The notes under the pieces: generated by a model
Databases searched by the model: none
Seen by the model: only the letters and a program-made list of their open reading frames with translations
Told to the model about the DNA's origin: nothing
Program-made: the position numbers and the translations under genes
Shown: positions 56,261 to 64,000 of the stretch, piece by piece
How positions within the stretch are numbered: the stretch's first letter is position 1
How the letters are laid out: each line of letters starts with the position of its first letter
Assembly (NCBI GenBank): GCA_964641255.1
Contig: CAZXMM010000001.1
Span: 745,890 to 809,889 of the forward strand
Direction: 5' to 3'
Origin: an uncultured Gammaproteobacteria bacterium
GTDB taxonomy: Bacteria; Patescibacteriota; Microgenomatia; JAMCZE01
DNA length: 64,000 nt

Positions 56261-56980
56261 TTAAATATTTATATAAACTTCTTGGACGTTATCTAACTCG
56301 GAAAGTCCGTCCAAAAAACTTTCCACTTCTTCCCGGTAATCGTCTGTCAACGATACCAAGGTTTCCTTATTTGGTCGATAGGTAATTTGGGCATCACTCA
56401 CTACTAACCCCAGGGCTTCCAGTTTGGTTTTTACTTTATGCAGATCCTCGGCCCGGGAGTAAATTAGAAAGCCGTCGGCTGTTTCTTCCACGTCTTCCGC
56501 TTCCGCCTCCAGCGCTTTGCCCAGCATTTGGTCAAAATTCATCGTGGCCTTGTCCACCTCCACCTCTCCTAGTCTAGTAAACAAGTAGGAAACCGATCCG
56601 GGGGAGCCAAGACTTCCTCCCCTTTTGGCAAAGTAGGTCCTAATTTCCCCACTGGTCCTATTATTATTATCAGTAATCGCCTCAATAATTATGGCGGTAC
56701 CAAAGGGACCGAAACCCTCAAAAGTCACACTCTCCAGTCTCACCCCCTCCCCCCTCCCCAGACCCTTATCAATGGCTCTTTGTATATTTTCTTTGGGCAT
56801 GTTGGCTTCTTTGGCCTTTTCCACCGCCAATCGAAGCTTGAAGTTGAAATTAACATCGCCGCTGTTACCTTCTCTTGCCGCTAAGGTGATTACGTTCGAC
56901 AACTTGGTAAAAAGATTCCCCCGTTTGGCGTCAGCCACCCCCTTTTGTCTTTTAATGGTGGACCACTTCGAATGACCGCT
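56261..56980 (-). CDS. yebC: YebC/PmpR-family DNA-binding regulatory protein
   Basis: MSGHSKWSTIKRQKGVADAKRGNLFTKL. Start adjusted to the internal ATG. Confidence 0.9.
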   Translation of the reverse strand, partial: SGHSKWSTIKRQKGVADAKRGNLFTKLSNVITLAAREGNSGDVNFNFKLRLAVEKAKEANMPKENIQRAIDKGLGRGEGVRLESVTFEGFGPFGTAIIIEAITDNNNRTSGEIRTYFAKRGGSLGSPGSVSYLFTRLGEVEVDKATMNFDQMLGKALEAEAEDVEETADGFLIYSRAEDLHKVKTKLEALGLVVSDAQITYRPNKETLVSLTDDYREEVESFLDGLSELDNVQEVYINI

Positions 56981-57062
56981 CATAATGAGGATTGTAGCGC
57001 AGACCGTGACTTGGTACAATCCAAAACGTTACCAATTAGGGGATTTGAGAAGTTAAAAAGAC

Positions 57063-57842
57063 ATGTCAGAAATAAACGTTGCTGCCGCCGTTGCTGCCGC
57101 TCTTTGCTGCGATTGGAAGAAAGCCAAAGAAATAAATAGCAAGCTCCTGAGTCAAAATCCCGAAGATATTGATTGCCTCAACCGGCTTGGCAAAGCTTGT
57201 CTGGAACTAGGAGATAACAAAAAGGCGGCCAGCTACTTTCGTAAGGTGTTAAAGATTAATCGCTATGACCCTATTGCCACTAAGAATCTGGCCCGGGCCA
57301 CCAGCGCTCCCGCTAACAAAAAGACCGGTAATGTAGCTGCCCCAGTTCACAACAATCAACACGCGTTTATCGAGGAACCAGGAGTGACAAAGCTGGTAAC
57401 CCTAGTCAATCTCGCTCCGGCAAAAACGCTATTGGGACTAAACTACGGCGATGCTATTAGTCTGACCCCCAAGCGGCACACTATCATTGTCTGTGACCAG
57501 GCTGAGCACTACGTTGGCGCCCTGCCAGATGATATTGCCCACCGCTTACTGTTTCTTATCAAAGGCGGAAATACTTACGAAGGTTACATTAAATCCATTT
57601 CTCGCAGCGTGGTCTCGGTGTTTATCAAAGAAACCTTGCGGGCCAAAAAGTATCATAACACCCCGTCTTTTATTGCTTCCAATTCTAGTGCTGAGTATCT
57701 AAGTTTTGTCCGCGAAGACGCCATAACTGAAGAAGTTAAAGTCGTGGAGCCCAGTGAAGATAGTGACGAAGACGATGACACTACTGCCTCTAAACGGACC
57801 AAAACCTACTTAGACGAAGAGGTAGACCGCGATGAAGTGTGA
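57063..57842 (+). CDS. Hypothetical protein with N-terminal TPR-like repeats and acidic C-terminus
   Basis: LGKACLELGDNKKAASYFRKVLKINRYDPIA is TPR-like; C-terminal run of D/E. Confidence 0.5.
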   Translation: MSEINVAAAVAAALCCDWKKAKEINSKLLSQNPEDIDCLNRLGKACLELGDNKKAASYFRKVLKINRYDPIATKNLARATSAPANKKTGNVAAPVHNNQHAFIEEPGVTKLVTLVNLAPAKTLLGLNYGDAISLTPKRHTIIVCDQAEHYVGALPDDIAHRLLFLIKGGNTYEGYIKSISRSVVSVFIKETLRAKKYHNTPSFIASNSSAEYLSFVREDAITEEVKVVEPSEDSDEDDDTTASKRTKTYLDEEVDRDEV

Positions 57843-57992
57843 CCCAGGTGAATTACTCCAAAGAGTGTTTTTTTGACTTGACGACTAATTTTAGGATAGA
57901 GATGGAGAGGGGTCTTAAGGTCACGCAGTGACCAGGCCGCCCAAGCAGCAGAAATAACGAAAACGACGGCAAAAATTACAAACAACTCCATA

Positions 57993-58925
57993 TTACTTGG
58001 TCAATTCTCGCACATACCTTTCTCCCAGTAAAAGGGTAATCTCAGCCCGCTCAGAAGTCGCTCTCGGTTTGGCTGCACAGTCAAAAATGTTTGCCAGTCG
58101 TTTGAGCGTACGAGTGTCTTTAACACTGGGACTAAATAGGATTTGGCACTGGTCAATTGGTTGTTCTTGTGAATTAACCATAATCACCGAGCCCCCAATA
58201 GCGGTTATGATCCGGCTGGCGCGGGTCCCTAATCCGGCAAAAGCGGTAGTATTGATGACTTCCAACCGCAAGTGCTCATCCTGAATGCTCGGTTCAATAA
58301 AAGCATTACCAAGAAAAATATCTAGGCTATCTTTCTCAAGACTTTGCGCTTGGGAATTATCTGGCAAAATTAGTTTCTCACTCTTAAGACTAAGGTCAAA
58401 GCTAAGGCGTCGATCACTCCTAACCTGGGCAATCGCCCAAGCAAAACGTAGTCGGTCTAGTAGAGACAGATTCGTGCGATTAGTTAGTAAAAAGTCCAGG
58501 GTGAGAAAGGCATTTTTGTTAGCCAAATCTAGTGGGGTCGTACTAACTATATAGGCGTCAATCGGCGCCCCGACCAGTTCGCGCACCGTACTTGTGAGGA
58601 CTACCCCGCCCCGTTTATCTAGCTCTCCGACCGAATAAACTTTTCCCAGTAGATAGCTACCGTAGCCATGGGTTAGCTCGGGAGTGTACAGGTCGCTTGG
58701 GAAAATGACATCGGATAAGGAGTGACTGACAAAATTAAACGACAACAGTCGCACTTCAGCTGGGGTAGAGACAACCACGTTAAACCGGTCAAAGGCACCA
58801 AATTGACTGGGAGTGAGAGCCCCGCCGAACTTAAAAACAGCCAGAAGAATAATGGCCAGACCAACTAACACTGCCAACAGCGCAGGCAAACTCACAGAAC
58901 TAGAATGGCGGTGATATCTGGCCAT
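57993..58925 (-). CDS. Hypothetical membrane-anchored protein
   Basis: N-terminal TM helix and a 280-aa extracytoplasmic domain. An LCP-like fold is possible but motifs are not convincing. Confidence 0.4.
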   Translation of the reverse strand: MARYHRHSSSVSLPALLAVLVGLAIILLAVFKFGGALTPSQFGAFDRFNVVVSTPAEVRLLSFNFVSHSLSDVIFPSDLYTPELTHGYGSYLLGKVYSVGELDKRGGVVLTSTVRELVGAPIDAYIVSTTPLDLANKNAFLTLDFLLTNRTNLSLLDRLRFAWAIAQVRSDRRLSFDLSLKSEKLILPDNSQAQSLEKDSLDIFLGNAFIEPSIQDEHLRLEVINTTAFAGLGTRASRIITAIGGSVIMVNSQEQPIDQCQILFSPSVKDTRTLKRLANIFDCAAKPRATSERAEITLLLGERYVRELTK

Positions 58926-59110
58926 GGGCAGTTTGTAAAACTAGAAACTAACGTCCTTACGTTTTTTGGAAATGACTAGTGGTTCGGGAACAGTATAGGA
59001 TGAAACCGGAGCCCGATTCATTTTTTTCGCTTGCTCCTCCTTAGAAAGTTTTTTCTTTTGTTTTTTCGCAAAATCACCAAATGACGCCATAAAATACTCA
59101 CCTCTTCATT

Positions 59111-60573
<1,463 letters not shown>

Positions 60574-60574
60574 A

Positions 60575-60895
60575 TTATTTTATTACTAAACCCGAGATCG
60601 CCACTAACTGTTGGCTGTCATCATCGGCAGCCACTCGATTATACCTCACTAGGGCACATTTGGTACATTTATGAACCAGAACAAACTCCCCCGTTCTTCT
60701 GGTTATCACCCCACTTGGCTCCATGAGACCCTGGCAGGTATTGGCGCGGTCCCCGGGCTTATCCCCATCTACGTGCTTGCTCCAGAGGCAAAAAGGACAG
60801 TGGTTGCGGTACGAGCCACCATAAATGATGGGAGTCACTGCCTGGTGACAGTGGTCACAAACAAAGGGATCATTGCGGGCAATAAACTTGGGCAT
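60575..60895 (-). CDS. RNHCP-domain zinc-ribbon protein
   Basis: CDHC...GSYRNHCPFC...CTKC matches the RNHCP domain signature. Confidence 0.6.
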   Translation of the reverse strand: MPKFIARNDPFVCDHCHQAVTPIIYGGSYRNHCPFCLWSKHVDGDKPGDRANTCQGLMEPSGVITRRTGEFVLVHKCTKCALVRYNRVAADDDSQQLVAISGLVIK

Positions 60896-60897
60896 GG

Positions 60898-62586
60898 TTA
60901 AGAAGCAGCTCTTTTTAAATCTCCCAGTTTCTTTTCTCTATTTTGCTGCAGTTCTTTAAAATTGCCGTGATAATCGTTAACTAGTCGACTAATACTTAGT
61001 CCCTCTAGATTAACTGGCACCGAGACGTGGTGCGCTCCCCGCTCATAGAGGCTAATGGCCTCAGCAGAATCGGTGGCAGTGATAATGACTGTCGCCTTGG
61101 ACTGGGTCCGTTCAACGCCATCCAGAAGGGCGAGATTGTCAGCAAAGCTGCGAACAGTAGAGACTACTAGTTGGGCGTTTTTTAAACTCACCTGTTCCTG
61201 GATCTCCGGATCACCAATATCGCCGTACAAACAGGGTACGCAGGCTCCTTTTAGCTCGTCTATCACTTCTGGATTAAAATCCACTACGATTAGATTCTCT
61301 CCGTAAACCCGTTGTAACATGCGAAGTACTATTTGCCCACTGCGATGAGCTCCGACCAAGATACCATGGTCAGTCAGGGCACTGAGTGGTTCTGCTTTAT
61401 CCCCAATCCCCGCCTTATTTTGCAAAGTTTGCAGTAGGGGTCTAAGGGTCAGATACAATTTGCGGGAATGGGTCGCCATAAATGAAGATAGAATAAAGGA
61501 ACAAACGGTGGCAAAAATGAGTGGTGACAGTAAACTCCGATCAAGAAATCCAGCCCTTGAGGCTTCTGCAATCAAAATTAGGGAAAATTCGGAAATCGAA
61601 GAAATAACAATACCAGTTAAAAAAGCCGGGTGAGTTTTAAAGCGAAAAACACTGAAAATTACGAAGAAAAACAAAGGTTTAATAACTACTGCGTAGACAA
61701 TAAAGAGTAGCGCTAAAGGTAAAAACGTTGCAATACCTGTAATAGATAGTCCCGTCCCCAAATCGAGAAAAAACAGCATGATAAAAAAGTCTCTGAGGGG
61801 CTTAACCTTACTGGAAATTTGGATACGATAGGTGGATTGGGCTAAACTGATGCCAGCTAAAAAAGCACCGATGGCGAGCGAAAAACCTAGCGAGGAACCA
61901 AAAGCCACGAACACTAGGCACCAGGAAATGGGAATGAGAAAAAGCAGCTCAGAGTTATCAGCACTGGCCTTAAAGATCCTAGGCAGCAGATGGTGGCCGG
62001 CTAAGAGCGAAATAGCTAGCAACAACCCTCCTTTAGCAAGTAGTCCAATAACCATTACGGGTGTAATAGTTCCTCCTGGCGCGCCGGCCACCGACAGCAA
62101 CATAAGTCCAATAACCGCAATCAAATCTTCAACTAGCAGAATTCCCACGGACAGTTTGCCATGAAGGGATGATAGCTCACGTTTTTCGATCAGCAGTTTA
62201 ATAACCAAAATGGTGCTACTAAACGACACCGCTAGGGCGAGAATAAAGGCTGGCAAAAGGTCCAAACCAAACATCCTTAGGAGTAGTCCCAGTAGCACCA
62301 CTGTAAAAACTACCTGACCGAGTGTCGCCAAAACGACTTTCTGGCCTACGGTTTTAAACTCTTTCAGGTCCAACTCCATGCCTACTAAAAAAAGGAGTAG
62401 GGCCAAGCCGATTTCCGGTAAGATAGCAAGAAACTTGAGTTGCTCGGGCTTAACAATATGAAAGGCCGACAGTACAGCTCCAACAGCCACGTAAGACACT
62501 AGCAGCGGTTGGCGAAATTTTTTGACAACTAACGCTAACGCTGCGGCTGCTGTCACCACTACAGTCAATAAGGTCAATTCATGCAC
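60898..62586 (-). CDS. Monovalent cation:proton antiporter (CPA2/Kef-type) with C-terminal RCK (TrkA-N) domain
   Basis: About 12 TM helices and C-terminal ILVGAHRSGQIV...IVVDFNPE, a Rossmann RCK. Confidence 0.8.
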   Translation of the reverse strand: MHELTLLTVVVTAAAALALVVKKFRQPLLVSYVAVGAVLSAFHIVKPEQLKFLAILPEIGLALLLFLVGMELDLKEFKTVGQKVVLATLGQVVFTVVLLGLLLRMFGLDLLPAFILALAVSFSSTILVIKLLIEKRELSSLHGKLSVGILLVEDLIAVIGLMLLSVAGAPGGTITPVMVIGLLAKGGLLLAISLLAGHHLLPRIFKASADNSELLFLIPISWCLVFVAFGSSLGFSLAIGAFLAGISLAQSTYRIQISSKVKPLRDFFIMLFFLDLGTGLSITGIATFLPLALLFIVYAVVIKPLFFFVIFSVFRFKTHPAFLTGIVISSISEFSLILIAEASRAGFLDRSLLSPLIFATVCSFILSSFMATHSRKLYLTLRPLLQTLQNKAGIGDKAEPLSALTDHGILVGAHRSGQIVLRMLQRVYGENLIVVDFNPEVIDELKGACVPCLYGDIGDPEIQEQVSLKNAQLVVSTVRSFADNLALLDGVERTQSKATVIITATDSAEAISLYERGAHHVSVPVNLEGLSISRLVNDYHGNFKELQQNREKKLGDLKRAAS

Positions 62587-62600
62587 AAAAATATTGTAAG

Positions 62601-63335
62601 TTAGTTAGCCCCCTTAAGCAACCGTAACACCGCCTCAAGCTCGCTTGGTAACGGGGCCGTAAAGACCCTAGTCTTAGTCTCAAGCGGTAGTCTCAGACTC
62701 AGCTGGGCCGCATGTAAAAATAGCCGCGGGGAAATAGCCAGATCTGCCTGGTACTGCTTCCGACCGGCATAGATTGGATCACTAACAATTGGATGGCCCA
62801 GATATTTAAGATGCACCCGAATCTGGTGCGTCCGACCCGTCGCGGGACTAACCTCCACTAAGCTAAATTTGGCAAACTTAAAAGTGAATTCCTCTTTGAC
62901 GGTATAATCCGTTTGCGCGTCCCTACCCCCCGGAAAAACTCCGTACTGCAGGCGGTTAAAAGGATTTCGGCTAATCGGGGCAGTGACACTGCCCACCGAA
63001 GGGGCCAGTACGCCGTGGACTAGGGCCACATAGACTTTGTGGACGGTACGTTTTTGAAACTGATCTTTTAAAAAGCCAAAGGCGTGGGGATTTTTGGCAA
63101 TTACTAATAGCCCGGAAGTGTCTTTATCCAAGCGGTGGACAATCCCCCCGCGGGAGGCAAACTCCTCGTCAATAAGCGAGTCACCCACTGATTTTGGCTT
63201 AGGCATTTCGATTTTTGTTTCGGCCCAATCCTGGAGCGTGTTTTTGGTGGTACTGTCGGAGCGATTCACCACCATCCCCCACGGTTTATCCACGACAATG
63301 GTGTTTCGGTCTTCGAAGATAATCTGGGGTTGCAT
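62601..63335 (-). CDS. RluA-family pseudouridine synthase
   Basis: HRLDKDTSGLLVIAKN catalytic Asp motif. Confidence 0.85.
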   Translation of the reverse strand: MQPQIIFEDRNTIVVDKPWGMVVNRSDSTTKNTLQDWAETKIEMPKPKSVGDSLIDEEFASRGGIVHRLDKDTSGLLVIAKNPHAFGFLKDQFQKRTVHKVYVALVHGVLAPSVGSVTAPISRNPFNRLQYGVFPGGRDAQTDYTVKEEFTFKFAKFSLVEVSPATGRTHQIRVHLKYLGHPIVSDPIYAGRKQYQADLAISPRLFLHAAQLSLRLPLETKTRVFTAPLPSELEAVLRLLKGAN

Positions 63336-63346
63336 TACAAATAAGT

Positions 63347-63991
63347 CTATTTCTCTCTTTTTTGCTCACAAGCCAAGCAAAGAGTAGCATCGGGCATAGC
63401 CGCTAAACGGCCGGTTTCAATGGGCTTACCACAAGACTCACAAATACCATATTTGCCGATCTTGATTTTGGCTAGCGCCTTTTTAGTTTGCGCCAGAGCC
63501 AAGTTAATTTGCCGCTGGAGAGCGCTAACCTGCTCGTGTCTGGCTTTATTATGTGCCTCGGCATCGTCAGCTGCTTGATCAACAAAGCGAGTCTTATCAC
63601 TGAACGGATCTTCTTTTTTGAGACGGGCCATTTTTTTCTCCAGGGTAGTAGACCGATTTTCCAAATAGGACTTCATTTGGTCGATAAGAGACTTCGGAAA
63701 ATTACTCATAGTGACAAGGCTAGGATAACGAATAACTAAAAATGCACTGGCCGCACCAAGGACTATTAGGGGAAATCCTACTGGCTGTCCAGCAAGAGGA
63801 AACCCTACTGAGAGAATTAAAAGGGAAAGGCTCCAAAAAATCAAGTAGAACAAGAAGATCATTCCGTATCGTTTGCCAAGATGGGCAAGTCTAGCAGAGC
63901 GGTGCAAACTACGAGATATGAACTGGAGTAAGATCATGGTAACAAATGAACAAACTAATAGTCCCAACAGATAAGACGAGTTGGCGGACAT
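63347..63991 (-). CDS. DksA/TraR-family C4 zinc-finger protein; the track ORF carries a 94-aa N-terminal hydrophobic extension (the true start may be internal Met 63709)
   Basis: C-terminal CESCGKPIETGRLAAMPDATLCLACE (CxxC-17-CxxC) and a coiled coil. The ORF starts 10 nt from the window edge. Confidence 0.6.
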   Translation of the reverse strand: MSANSSYLLGLLVCSFVTMILLQFISRSLHRSARLAHLGKRYGMIFLFYLIFWSLSLLILSVGFPLAGQPVGFPLIVLGAASAFLVIRYPSLVTMSNFPKSLIDQMKSYLENRSTTLEKKMARLKKEDPFSDKTRFVDQAADDAEAHNKARHEQVSALQRQINLALAQTKKALAKIKIGKYGICESCGKPIETGRLAAMPDATLCLACEQKREK

Positions 63992-64000
63992 TGACGAGCA

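Overview
This 64 kb window looks bacterial and gene-dense, about 47% GC, standard genetic code. Many genes overlap by 1-4 nt, and several housekeeping proteins are domain-reduced (trigger factor without PPIase, ThrRS without the TGS domain, short PheT). Together with a full type IV pilus operon this suggests a small-genome, possibly CPR/Patescibacteria-like organism; that is inference, not proven.

Contents, left to right:
- tRNA-Arg, then an HTH/LAGLIDADG-like ORF, then tRNA-Lys.
- Envelope and sugar genes: acyltransferase-3, a GalE-like epimerase, an Hsp70-like ATPase, a Dcd/dUTPase-like gene, and two tandem paralogous secreted glucosaminidase-like proteins.
- tRNA-Leu, several hypothetical, secreted or membrane proteins, and a reduced trigger factor.
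- tRNA-Val, an ICMT-family methyltransferase, and a repeat-flanked hypothetical module.
- HAD, HIT and an NMP-kinase-like gene.
- The conserved thrS-infC-rpmI-rplT-pheS-pheT cluster, then PBP1A, tyrS, a GT2 glycosyltransferase, a SAM methyltransferase and recG.
- rpmF, then a NusB fused to an ACP-like domain, then rnc, rpsP and a KH protein.
- A 14-gene type IV pilus operon: pilB, pilT, pilC, three tandem pilins, pilD, pseudopilins, a PilX-like gene, and pilMNO.
- holB, gyrB, ppa, gyrA and a SIMPL-family protein.
- A putative accessory island: DDxxD-motif hypothetical, a LAGLIDADG homing endonuclease, a Xer-type tyrosine recombinase with a candidate dif-like site, and a 1.06 kb ORF-free repeat-containing region.
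- A membrane protein, ruvC, yebC, tgt, an RNHCP protein, a Kef-type antiporter, rluA and a DksA/TraR zinc-finger protein.

No rRNA, no CRISPR array and no obvious transposase were seen. Several genes carry near-consensus sigma70 promoters whose -10 box sits 6-7 nt before the ATG, which suggests leaderless transcripts.
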